The notes below the pieces were generated by a model that searched no databases, had not been told where the DNA came from, and saw nothing but the letters and a program-made list of their open reading frames with translations. From the NCBI RefSeq assembly GCF_004010195.1, contig NC_057751.1, positions 10,675,831-10,739,830 of the forward strand: 64,000 nucleotides of DNA, given 5' to 3'. Every line of letters starts with the position of its first letter. Positions within the stretch are counted from its first letter, which is position 1. This document shows, piece by piece, positions 39,072 through 51,430 of this stretch. The stretch comes from Chiloscyllium plagiosum (Eukaryota). The position numbers were made by a program, and so were the translations under genes.

Positions 39072-42025
39072 ACACAGTTACAGAGTCCTAGAGATGTACA
39101 GCATGGAAACAGACTCTTCGGCCCAACGTCTCCACATCGACCAGATATCCTAAATTAATCTAGTTTCATTTACCAGTATTTGGCCTTCTAAAGCCGCCGC
39201 CTTCATATACCCATCTAAGTGCCTTTTAACTATTGTCATTGTATCAGCCTCCACCGCTTCCTGTGGCAGCTCACTGCATATATGCACCACCCTCTGCATG
39301 GAAATGTTGCCCCTTATGTCCCTTTTACATCTCTCCCCTCCCACCTGGAACCTATGTCCTTCAGCTCTGGACTCCCCCACCCCAGGGGAAAAGACTTTGG
39401 CTATTCTCAGTATCCATGTCCCTCATTATTTTATAAACCTCTTATAAGGTCACTCCTCAGCCTCCGACGCTCCAGGGAAATAACCCCAGTCTGTGTCTCC
39501 TGATAGCTCAACCCTCCAACCCAGAAACATACTCGGAAATCTTTATGAACCCTTTCAAGTTAACAATATCTTTTCGATAGCAGGGAGACCAGAATTGCAT
39601 GCAGTATTCCAAAAGTGGCCAAAGCAATGTCCTGTGGCCACAGTGGCCGCAACATGACCTCCTAATGCCTTTACTCAGTGCACTGACCAATAAAAGCAAA
39701 CAAACCAAACATCTTATTCACTGCCCCATCCTCCTGGGAAACCACTTTCAAGGAACTATGAACCTGCACACTCAGGTCTCTTTGACCAGCAACACTCCCC
39801 AGGACCCTACTATTAAGAGTATAAATCCTGCCCTGATTTGTGTTACCAAAATGCAGCCCCTCACATTTATCTAAAATTACACCCTGTTTGCCACTCTTTG
39901 GCCCCTCGGCCTGTCTGATCAAGGTCCCACTGTATGCTGAGCTAACCTTCTTTACTGTGCACTGCACCACCAAATCTTAGGGTCGTCTGCAAACTTCGTG
40001 ACCATTCTTCCTTTATTCACATTGAAATTATTTATATAAATGACAAAAAGCAGCGGACCCAGCACCAATCCTGTGGCACACTGCTGGTCACAGCCCTCCT
40101 GTCCGAAGAAAAGCCCTCCAACACCACCCTCCGACTCCTCCCTTCAAGCCAATTTTGTATCCCAGTGGTTATATCTCCTTAGATTCCATGTGATCTAACA
40201 TTGTGAACCAATGTGGAATTTTGTCGAATACCTTTCTGAATTTCATATGAACAACATCCACTGCTCTGCCTTCATCAATCTCCTTTGTCACTTCTTTGAA
40301 AAATTCAATCAAATTACTGAGACCTGACTTCCCACGCACAAAGCCATGTTGACTGTCCCTCATCAGTCCTTGCCTTTCTAAATTCATGTAAATCTTGTCC
40401 CTCAGGATTCCTTCCAACAACTTGCCCACCACCGATGTCAGGCTCACTGGTCTATAGTTCCCTGGCTTTTCCTTACCGCCCTCCTTAAACAGTGGCACCA
40501 CATTAGCCAACCTCCAGTCTTCCGGCACCTCACCTGTGACTATCGATGATAAAATATCTCAGCAATGGGCCCAGTAATCACTTTCCCAGCTTCCCACAGA
40601 GTTCTGGGTACACCAGGTCGGGTGTGGGGGATTTTAGCCTTGTTTTGTACATTTTAAGACGTCCAGCACCTCCATCTTTGTAATATGAATGTTTTTTCCA
40701 CTGTCACTATTTAGTTCCCCAAATTCTCTGTCTTCAATATCCTTCTCCACAGTAAATACTGACACAAAATACTCAATTAGTATCTCACCCATCTCCTGCA
40801 GTTGCACACACAGGTGGCCTTTTTGATATTTAGGTGCCCTAGTCTCTCCCAAGTTAGTCTTTTGCCTTTAATTTTTATATAATCTCTTTGAGTTCTCCTT
40901 AACCCTATTTGCCAAAGGTATCTCATGTTCCCTTCTTTCCCTGTTGTGTATATACTCCTTATACTCCTCTCAGGATTCACTCAATCACATCTGTCTGTAC
41001 CTGACATACACCTTTTTCTTGATCAAAGACCCTCAATGTCTCTCGTCATCCAGCATTCCATACACCGACCAGCTTTGCCATTCACACTAATGGGAACATA
41101 CTGTCTCTGGACTATTGTTATCTCATTTTTGAAGGCCTCCCACTTTGCAACTGTCCCCTTCCCTGTAACTAGTCTCTCCTAATCAAGTTTTGAAAGTTCT
41201 TTCCTAATACTGTCAAATTTGATCTTACTCCAGTCTAGAATTTTAACTTGTAGATCTGGTCTCTCCTCTTCCATAACTATTTTAAAACTAATGGAATTAT
41301 GATCACTGGCCCCAAAGTGCTCCCCCACTGACCCCTTCATCACTTGCTCTGCCTTACTTTCCAAAGCGGAAGTCAACTTCTGCATCTTCACGAGTTGGTG
41401 CATCCACGTACTGAATAAGAGAATTTTCTTGTACACACTAAACAAATTCCTCTCCATCCAAGTCCTTACTGCAAAGGCAGTCCCAGTCTACATCTGGAAA
41501 GTTAAAAGCCCCATGCTTAACAAACCTTTCGCTCTTACAGGTATCTGAGATCTCCTTACAGATTTGCTTCTCTGTTTCCTGGGTGGGATATAGTACAATC
41601 CCACTAAGGGCATCATCCCCCTCCTATTTCTTACTTACACCCAAAGAACTTCACTGGGCATATGCCCAGTAATATCCTCCCTAAGTACAGCAGTAATGTT
41701 ATTCATAACTAAAGACTTCACTCCCTCTCCTCTCTTCCCCCCCCCCCCCCCCTTTCTATTCCTCCTAAAACATTGGTACTCTGGAACATTCAGCTGCCAG
41801 TCCTGCTGTTCCTTGAATCATGTCTCTGTGATAGCTGTGATATCCCAGTCCCATGATGCCAACCATGTTCTGTGTTCACCTCCTTACCTGTCGGGCCTCT
41901 TGCATTGAAATAAATGCAGTTTAATTTATCAGTCTTACCTCATCCTTTGCCTTGCTCTTGCCGACCTCGACCAGCACATCTCCCCTGGATACTGGTCCCC
42001 TTCCAATTCAGGTGCAACCCATCAA
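39072..42025 (-). mobile_element. Long decayed CR1 (HER1-like) LINE covering most of ORF2
   Basis: Minus-strand peptides PEDWRLANVVPLFKEGGKEKPGNYRPVSLTSVVGKLLE, QHGFVRGKS, GEHFGASDHNSISF (endonuclease end) and LLEYCMQFWSP. The tail lies at ~39072-39125. Confidence 0.92.
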
Positions 42026-42702
42026 ATTGGTCAGTGTACTCTTCCCTTCACCAGTTTTGCCCTTTTTTCTGATCTGATGGGTATATTGTCCAAGGAGCCA
42101 TCAGTACCATTGTCTGAAGGCACGTGCTGAGTAAACATCCTTTGCCTGTCTGCAGCCATTGCTCTATCTTGAAGCAACTCATTGGAATATTTTCTTTTCA
42201 ATTTCAAACCAAATTCATCCACCTGCTTTTCAAAATGATTTCCAAAAACTGAAAAAGTGTTGAATAAATTTCCAAAAGCTTGACTCAAGTGCAATTTGTT
42301 TGAACTTTGCACGTGTGTACGAGAGTGAAATGAAACCGTTTTTTTTCTCTCGTTACACACCTGTTGGAGCTGACCCCATTTTTTTTGTTTTCCCAACCAG
42401 AAAGCTGCAGTAACAACTGTCTTGTCTTGGTACAGTTTGAGTTCATTTACTTTGAAAAGAAAACACATTGAATTTTGAAGTAAACGGCTAGCTTCTAATT
42501 ATCTCATTGTCTCTTTTGTCGATGGATGAGATAATTAGAACGTTATAATTGGTTTCACCCATGAAGCAGCAGTACAGAGCGACAGGCAGTTTGTTCTTCT
42601 GTACGCTGGATGGAGACTGCTGGATACGCCTTGTATTACTTGCGAATTGGCACAGAAAGTTTCTTTTTTCTTCCATTTCTGTGTAATAGTTATTTGATTC
42701 AT

Positions 42703-43099
42703 AACAAAAATGCAATTCAACTGAAACATGTTGGGAATGCGAAGGGAGATGCTTGGAGCTGTCAGTTGCTCACTCATTTTCTGCGTAACAGTCTTATATC
42801 TGTTAAGAGAGTCAAAATTAGAGTGGTGCTGGAAAAGCATAGCAGGTCAGGCAGCATTTGAGGAGCAGGAAAATCGATGTTTCGGGCAAAAGCCCTTCAT
42901 CAGGAATCCCTTTTGTCCGAAACGTTGATTTTCCTGCTCCTCGGATGCTGCCTGATCTGCTGTGCTTTTCCAGCACCACTCTAATTTTGACTTTCTTAAC
43001 AGATATAAGACTGTTACGCAGAAAATGAGTGAGCAACTGACAGCTCCAAACATCTCCCTTCACATTCCCAACATGTTTCAGTTGAATTGCATTTTTGTT
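42703..43099. repeat. Long imperfect palindrome (190-bp arms, 17-bp spacer) centred on PLE termini
   Basis: 42703-42892 is the reverse complement of 42910-43099, with 10 transition mismatches by my count. Confidence 0.93.
42872..42907 (-). ncRNA. Hammerhead motif at the palindrome centre
   Basis: Reverse complement reads ATTC-CTGATGA-A-GGGCTTTTGCCC-GAAA-CATC-GATT. Stem III shows CpG decay. Confidence 0.7.
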
Positions 43100-46000
43100 G
43101 CAGAGCACAAAGGCTAATCCAAGCATCTAAACATTGTGTATCCTGAAGAGTTCAAGGAAACAAAGCTCCCAAAAAAAGGCGAATTCAGTCTTGGATTAAT
43201 TTCAAATTGTTTTATTTCCTATTGATAGATACATCCAAGACATTTATGCATGGTGATGTGATATGTCTTTCAGCTGAGAAGAATAAGGATTCATCTGATA
43301 GAAGCTTTTAAGATGCTAAACATCGAAATGTTTCGGCACGAGAGGAAATGGACATAGTTTGGATATTCTGTGAAAAGTCACTCACAAATCCAACTGGAAA
43401 CTCGGATGAACCATTTGTGCCTGATGAATGTAGAAACCGCTATCATAGGTCCTTGACTTCACTTGACGTGAAGGAAAGTTAAGTCAACACATGAGGGAGA
43501 AAAGAGGAGGCTTTATTACGCGGATTGGATAATGAGAAATAGGACGAAGCTTATGTGGAGCTTATCCCACATGTACAACAGGCATGTTTCTGCCCTGTAA
43601 ATATTTTATCAACCCCTTTCTTAATTGCTGCCCTCTGAACTCTGCTGGAAATTTTGCAGATATAGCCATGGACGCATGGGAGTTAGGTTCTGACCTGGTG
43701 GTGCCTTGGGATGAATGCCTTGAGTTCTTGTTTGAATTGACATGCAAAAATACTTGTTGAGTTAAGCGTCTGAGAAGTTAAGTGTGGAGCTGTAATCGAT
43801 AAGAGTCACTGAGAAGATCCATGAACAGCGGCTGTTTTATGTTTGTTACTGTGTCAAATGAGGCAGTGAATGTATTCACAGCTGAGTCAGAAGGATGTTG
43901 GTTTGGGTGTAACAGGCCTATGACAGGTACTTGACTGTTCAAGTATTTCCTTGAACATGATTTTATAAAGAAATAACTAGTAGAATAACTGAACTCTTGT
44001 AGTCTATAATAAATTGTGAAGACTTGCCCTTGACATGTAAAAGTACAGCTCAGCACTTTTTATAAATAGTCATTTCCACTCTGGGAGAAAAATAAATAGG
44101 ATACTTCATCCATTCATGTGATGCAAGTTGTGCTCCGGTTACAGACAATGCACATTGGGATATTTCCAAATGCCAAGTTTTGTGTTGTTCAGATACTCCT
44201 TCGGTGACTCTGTGTTGTGTTCAGAATTTCACATCAGAGTATCTTAGCCATCAGATTGTAAATGTTTTGAAGTGTTGAGCAAAGTTGTCATATATCTTGG
44301 AATGGGTGGGGGCGAACTCAAATTTCTGCTGCTCGCAAACCCGATCTGAAGTTCTGGAATCGACAGCAGCTGCAGAAAGCAAACTTGAATTGTCTGTCTA
44401 ACAGGTCGGGGAAGTCCAACTCCAGTGGAATCAAAGATATTTTCTACCTGTTAATTTTAAGCTTGCCAATTGCTCATGAGTTATTTGGATTTTGGTCATC
44501 AGCTTGTCTCCACAGGTTTCTTGCCTGTGGTTTCTGTAATTGGTAATTCTGTGCAGCGTGAAAAGTATTCACATTGCCAATGGATGTCACCTCTTCAAAC
44601 CAGCAACAGCAATGTTTCTGGTGTCATAGGAACAGTTTTCAAATTCAGGTTGACTTGGAGTCTCTAGAAACCTCGAGGAAACTGATGGGCGCATCACTGG
44701 AAAAAGGCTGTGGGCATGTTTTAAAATAAAATTAGTTTACTGTCTGATAGTCACTTATCATCTGAGCCAGTTGGTTCATTTCTGTACTGCCATACTGTTG
44801 CAGGTGGAAGAGTGGGGTGTGAACCGATGATTGTTATATCATATATCTTGGAATATTTCCAGTTAAACTTGCCAGCTTTCCATTTCCTCTTGCGCGTTTC
44901 CTTGAGAAAGCTCTTGATCTGATAAGAATCAGGACATATCTGTGAGAAATGGTTTCTGCCTCTTCTGTGTGAATGCATGCTTGTGTATTGAACATCAGTA
45001 GTGATGTCTGTTTATCACTTAACCACAGTACATTAATGGAGACATATCCATCAATTATCAATGTACCATGTTAAGTAAAGGCATTGATTCATCACTCCCT
45101 GATTTAGTAGGGATGTGGGAACCAGGAGGTGTCCGACAATATACCGATGTGCACAATATGCAAGGAGTGACAGGTACAACTAGAATAGAGGATAATAGGT
45201 TCAGAAGTGGGGTAATGAGAAATGGTGAGTTCTGAATTAGGGTTGCTATACACGTAAGTGAATGCACCGAGTGTTGTCAGTAAGATTGTGTTGCATGCAT
45301 AATTTGCCATGTGGCTGTGTGATGATCTGACTGTGCCAGTGACCTTTCTCAAGGACAGGCTTGATTCAATGTTAAATATTCCTGGACACAAGGTGTTCAG
45401 GAACAACACTAAAGGATGAAAAGGGGTCCAAACAGCAGTGTTGAGTAAGAAGGACATTTCAGTGATGGATAGAGAGGAAGTTGGGAAGGTTTCAAGGACA
45501 AAATTGATTTGGCAAGGTCTAAGGAACAAAAAGAAATGAGCAATTAGACTGTTCAGCGTTATCTGTGGGCCCCAAACTCAAAGGAAGATGTGGAGGAATA
45601 AATTGGTCATGAAATTATAGAGACATGCAAAAATATTGGGTGGTCATTGTGCAGAATTGTATTGCAAAGGGCAGAGGATGTTCAGGAGAACTTCTACAGT
45701 AGCTTTTCAGTCCAATAAGAAAGGCAGCACTGCTACACCTGGCAATGAAGTGGGCTGCGAAGATCATATATCAGTGGGTAAACATCTGAGGCTCAGTAAT
45801 CAGTGTACCGTTAGGTTTAGGGTGACTGTAGAAATAGTTAATAAGCAGTCAGAGAAAAAAATGGTTAGTTAAGAATGGCTCTCGGTCAAATAAATTGGAA
45901 TCCAGGATTGGCAGGAAAAATGGTAGCTAGATATTGATCTACCTTCAAGAAACAATGATTTGGACACAGTCAAGATATATTCACTTGAAATGGGAACACA

Positions 46001-46614
46001 GAACGGCAAATCCAGAACTCATTGCATGACGAAAGAGGCAGAAGTGATGGTGAAGAAGAAAAAGTGTGTTTGTGACACATAAACAAGACTGCATATAGAA
46101 GATTCAGAGGGGTTGTGAAAAAGAATAAAGGTTGCATGAAAGATGCTGGCAGTGAATATTAAAATTCTGAAGTCTTTTGTCGTGATGTAAAAAGTAAAAG
46201 GGTGATAAAAGAAGTGAAGCTGATGAGCAAGGCAGAGGAGATGCATAGCGCACGGCTCTTTGATCTGTCTTTACCAAGGAGGGAGATGCAACCCAAGCCA
46301 TGGTGGAAGAAAACAAAATTCATTTCTGATTTGGCTTCTCAATTGATGAGGAGTCCGTGGATAGGTAGTCAGAACTGACAAGGTGCCAGGACCAGATGAG
46401 ATGCATTGAAGGACAATGAGCATGGATACTGGAAGTAAAAATGGAACCTTCAGAGATACGAGGAATAATTTATTGTTCTTCCCAAGACTCGAGCAGTGCA
46501 ATACATATTGCATACATTGTGTCCTTGTTCCTAAATTGGTATGATGATAAGCCAAACAATTACAGACAAGTCTGTTTAGCTTATGTACATGGGAAAGTGA
46601 CTGATATAAAATAT

Positions 46615-47270
46615 GAGAAATAAGCAGAGACCATTTGACCCCTCAAGTATCCTCTGTCATTCTGCAAGATCGTGACTGATCTGTTTGTGTGTCAAAATAC
46701 ATGTTTCTCTCTCCCCAATAATATTTGAGTCGCTACCCTACAAAAAACTTTGCATTCAAAATGCTGTAAGAGCCTTACCCACAGTCTGCTGAGGCATAGA
46801 GTTGCATGTTGCATAACACCTCAGAGAGAAAACTCACTCTCTCAACCGCATCCACAAAAGGCAATCCCTAATTTTAAAGCACTGCTGCTTAGCAATGGAC
46901 TCATCTGCAAGAGGAAACATCCTTTCCGTGTCCACCTTGTCAAGACCTTTCAAGATGTGAGGCGAGTTAATCAAGTTGACCCCCTCTTTTCAGCTTCCTT
47001 ATTTTTATGTTCAGGTCCTCAAATAAGGATGCTTTTCCAAATGCCTTACTGATTGTGGTATACTCCTTTGTGAGTCCTGTGCAAGAATACCTTAATCCTT
47101 TGGAATTCTGCATTATATTCTCTGTTTGACCAGTCTTTTGCTTTTTCTGTTGTCTATCCAGTGTGAAAAGTTTCACTTTATCCCACATTATAGTCCATCT
47201 GCCAGATTTTTACCCACTCAGTCAACCTATCTCCATCTGTGTGCAAGCTCATCAGATCTCCCTCACTACA
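46615..47270 (-). mobile_element. Degraded CR1 fragment nested in the older element
   Basis: Tail-like gaccatttgacccctcaag start, and a minus remnant similar to the KCEVLHFG region near 47160-47200. Confidence 0.5.
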
Positions 47271-47717
47271 TGTATTTCGACTGATCTGTGTGCAAATTTA
47301 TCTGCCAGCTTTCGGGTCCCTTCATCTCAGACATGGAGTTAATTTGTAAAAAGTGCAGGGGCCAACATAAAGCCCTCTGTTTTCTCCCAACCTACCAATC
47401 TTGCGTCCATGCTAAATTGTTAGCTTCTGCAGTAAGCTTCAATGTATCTTCTCAGACAAGTTGGAAACTATTAGAAGCAATAATTGAGGACAAATGCAGT
47501 AGCAGCATGGGCAAATACAGCTTAATTGAGGAGAGCCAGTGTGGAATTCTATTGAGCCAGTCACGTTTAACTCCAATCAGGGAGTTTTTGATGACATGAC
47601 AGTGAGAGTTGATAGGAAAATGGTGTTGATTTGGTATAGAATTCCACCAGTGTGGAAGCAGGCCATTCAGGCCATCGAGACAATACCAACCCTCTTAATG
47701 ACATCCCACTCAGACTG

Positions 47718-47945
47718 GATGGAGTTTGCACATTCTCCCTGTGCCTGTGTGGGGTTTCTTCTGGATGCTCTGGTTTCCTCCCACAGTCCAAAAAACGTGC
47801 AGGTTAGGTGAATTGGCCATGCTAAATTGCCCACAGTGTTAGGTGAAGGGGTAAAGGTCTGGGTGGGTTGCGCTTCGGTGGGTCAGTGTGGACTTGTTGG
47901 GCCGAAGAGCCTGTTTCCACACTGTAAGTAATCTAATCTAAACCT
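47718..47945 (+). mobile_element. 5'-truncated HE1 V-SINE
   Basis: V-domain ggagtttgcacattctccc, then the CR1-like tail ggacttgttgggccgaagagcctgtttccacactgta and (aatct)n. Confidence 0.88.
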
Positions 47946-47984
47946 CTGAATAAGTAACCTAATCTCTCCCCCCCCCCCCCCCCC

Positions 47985-48230
47985 AACCATCCTGTCCCTG
48001 TAACCCTGTATATCCCTTGGTTAATCCACCTAACCTAGACATCCCTCGACACAATGGGCAGTTTAACATGGCCAATCCACCTGACCTGCACGTGTGTGAA
48101 CTGTGGGAAGAAACAGGAGCACCCGGAGGAAACCCACGCAGACACGAGGAGAATAAGCAAACTCCATACAAACAGTGGTCCAAGGCGAGAATCGAACCCA
48201 GGTCCCTGGTGCTTTGAGGCAGCAGTGCCA
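47985..48230 (-). mobile_element. HE1-related V-SINE (its 3' end probably at 47641-47715)
   Basis: B box gaatcgaacc at ~48189-48198 and V-domain ggagcacccggaggaaacccacgcagacac. Confidence 0.8.
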
Positions 48231-50094
48231 TTCCTGTGTAGCTGGACACCCAGAAGGGCTATGACACAGTGCCACACAAGACACATATCAGCAAAGTTTA
48301 CATTTGTGCATTAAAAGCAACAGCAGCAACGTGAATGCAAAATTATTTGATTAACTGGAAGCAGAGAATAATGCTGACAGATGTTTGTCAGGTTGGGAAA
48401 AGGTTTGTAGTGCAGCTCTAAGGGTCAGTGATGGATTCCTTGTTTTCCTGATCCATGTTGATGACCTAAACCTTCATGCGCAGAGCACATGTTCAGCATT
48501 TTGTGATGACCTGAAATGAAGCACAAGAAAATGTGAACAAGGTGATGAAAAAGTCAAGACAAGTCGGTGGAGTGGCTGAACAAGTGGCAATTGAAGTTGA
48601 CTGTGGAGAAGTGTAACCTGATAGATTTTGGTCCAAAGAGAATGTGGAAACCCGTTGTGCAGGAGTACAGTCATCTGGGTGATATGTCATGAAAGGTGGC
48701 AGGGCAGGTTGACATGTGAGTTACGAAAGGCCAGCATATTGTATGCTTTAGTAATGCTGGCATAGAGGATAGGAGGAGGGAAGTTATCTTGAATTTATCG
48801 AAGATAATAGTTCAGCCTCAGCTGGAATATTGTGTCCAGTTCTGGGTGCTGTACTGGAATGTGAATATTTGTTAGGAGTGCAAAGCAAGTTTGCAAGAAT
48901 GGTTCCAGGGCTGAGGAATTTGACTTGGGAAGATTGGACTGGATTACCTGGCACTGTTATCCTTGGAGAAAATGTGGCTAAAGGAAGATCTGGTGGAATT
49001 ATTTGAAATCATGAGAGGGTAAGGAGAAAATGTTCCCACAAGTGAAAAGGTTAAGTTTGAGGGCGGATTTGAAAATAATTAGAAAAAGAAGCGAGAGTGA
49101 TATAAGTGATGTAACAAGACCTCTACCTGGTTGCAGTACTCATTTCAAGTTTGGATGTCTGTGCTGTCAACTTTTGGCTTGAATTGGATAACAATACTCT
49201 TTGCTTCTGCTTTGAGCAGTATTATATTGTGTTTTTCAAAGGTGAAGGATATTCCTGGAGGGACTTGCCTGGTTTAGTATCAATGTCAAGCACTCGCATG
49301 TCAGTTGTGATGTTACTAATGACTTTTTTTTTTCTCTGCACTTGCTCAAATTACCTCAAGTCATACTTTTGACAGAGTGTCTTTTGTTGCACCAGTTTGA
49401 CATTTTCCCTTTTTCTGTTTCTTGCACCAGTTCTGTTGTCGATCGTGTCAGTGTCATGACCTGTTTCGAGCTGAATTGACAGTGGTTCTTTGCTTGCTTA
49501 GAAGCAGTATTGCAGGTAAAATAGAATAAGACACTGGCTATGTCCCATATTAATTTTAAACCTCTTCCTCCAACCATGGCATTAAAAGCCATTTGTAACA
49601 TCCTAGCCACATGTCAAGCAGAGCTAGATTGACCTAACACTGAACAGCAACAGAACCAAGCACCTTTTGGTTTCTCTGACTGATGAAATGCACATTGGCA
49701 GTCACAGCAGTATAAGTGAGGGAATTCAATTTGATGTTACTTCCCGTCTGATCAACTTTGTTGACCTTTCTATTATTTTAAAGACAATATTAATTGTCTT
49801 TGGGAGGGGAAGGAGAAAAGAAAACTTATAATTGCAACAAAATTGAATTATCCTCTGCTGATTACTTGTAATTTCTGAGCTGTTTTACTCAAAAGGTCAC
49901 AACAAATGTTTCCATCATGAGTCATTAATTCATTCAGGAGAATTAAATCATCAATTTATTTTACTGTTGTTTATCAGTCTGAAGTAATGGCATTAAAAGC
50001 CTTTCTAGTTGAAGCAACAGTTGAGCAATTTGACCATATCAGTGCAGAACTCTATCCCTGGAAGTGGATTTTAAAGTGGGAGCATCAATGGTTA

Positions 50095-51430
50095 AGTTTA
50101 CATTTGTTCCTTGTCCCCAGTCGATTCTGAGAACATTGTCGTGAATGCCCACTTGACCTGCTGCTGTCCATGTTGTATTGGCATAGCCATAGCACTGTTA
50201 GGAACAGGCTTCCTCGATTTTGACCCATTGACAATGTAGGAACAAGAATGTACTTCTCTAAGTCAGGATAGTATGAGGTTTTAATGGAGGAATCTTGCAG
50301 GTGGTGATGTTCCCATGCATCTGCTGCTCTTAACCCCCAAAATCTTGAAGGACATCAGCTTGGAAGTTGCTGTCCAAGTAATCTGGCTAAGTTGCTATAA
50401 TACAGTTTTGTAAATTAGACATAGTGTTGGCACTGCATTGCTGGTCTCAGGATTGAATGTTGAAGGTGGTGGATGGGGTGCTGATGAAATGGACTGATTT
50501 GACTTGGCTGGTGTCTGCCTCCTTGAGTATATTGAACCGAAACTCATTTACTTCACTGGGAACTCCTCTATCACACTGCTGACTTGTACTTTGTAGATGG
50601 TGGACAGGCTTGGGAGAGTCAGGAAGTGAGTTACTCCCTGCAAGATTTCTAACCTCTGACCTGCTCTCATAGCCACAATATTTGTATGGTTAGTCCAATT
50701 CAGTTTCTAATTGACGGTATCCTCCCAGAAAGGTGACTCGACTGCTTCAGCAATGGTAATGCCTTTGAGGTTCAGAGTTAATTGTTAGATTCTCTTTTGT
50801 GAGAGATGGTCATTGCCTTGTAGTTGTATGGCACAAAAGTGATGTGTGGCATATCAGATCAACCATGAATGTTGTACAGGTCTTCCTGCATTTAGAAACT
50901 GACTGAATTGGTTTCTGAGTCGTTCCGAATGGTGCTGGACATGATGTCAGGAAACATCCCTACTTATGCACCTCACAATGCAGTGTAGGCCATGGAGGGA
51001 GCAGCAGCTGATGTTGCATTGAGAACATGACTCTGAGCATTTCCTGCTGCATGGTCTTGAAGCTGAGCTGATTGAAATGCAGCAAGTGCAGTCATCTTCG
51101 TCGGTGTCAAGTGTGGCTCGAAACACTGCAAAATTTTCACAGAATTCTCATGAACTTCACTTTTCTCTGAAATTCATGATGACTTGGTTAAATGTTGCCT
51201 TGGTGGAAAAAGCATTCGCTTTCATGTCATATTAAGTTCAACTTTTGTGTTAATGTTTGGATAAGGCTTTCATGTGGCCTTGACAGAACCCACATGGCAC
51301 TTTGTGGCTAAAGGTGGGACTGAGTGTTTGACCCTTGTCTTGTGCATTGATGTACTGAACTCATCATCGTGAATGATCATATTTCTGGACCTTTTTATCT
51401 GGTTAGTTGTGCCATTGTCCACCAGCATTT
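50095..51430 (-). mobile_element. Degraded unclassified LINE-like fragment
   Basis: Begins with a tail related to the dispersed repeat at 9850/16430 and appears complementary to the decayed sequence at ~16800-17330. The family could not be determined. Confidence 0.4.

Larger units (their letters stand above)
45100..49100 (+). mobile_element. Old, fragmented CR1 LINE interrupted by younger insertions
   Basis: Endonuclease-region remnants (ttaaatattcctggacacaaggtgttcagg), ccaggaccagatgagatgcat, and gttcagcctcagctggaatattgtgtccagttctgg near 48810-48845. Confidence 0.6.

Noticed and set aside
42031..42468. 145-aa minus-strand ORF
   Set aside because: No recognisable motif, a non-ATG start and an intronic AT-rich context.
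43421..43440. CTGATGA-ATGTA-GAAAC hammerhead-like core
   Set aside because: No stem II can form, there is no NUH triplet and no PLE flank, so it is likely chance.
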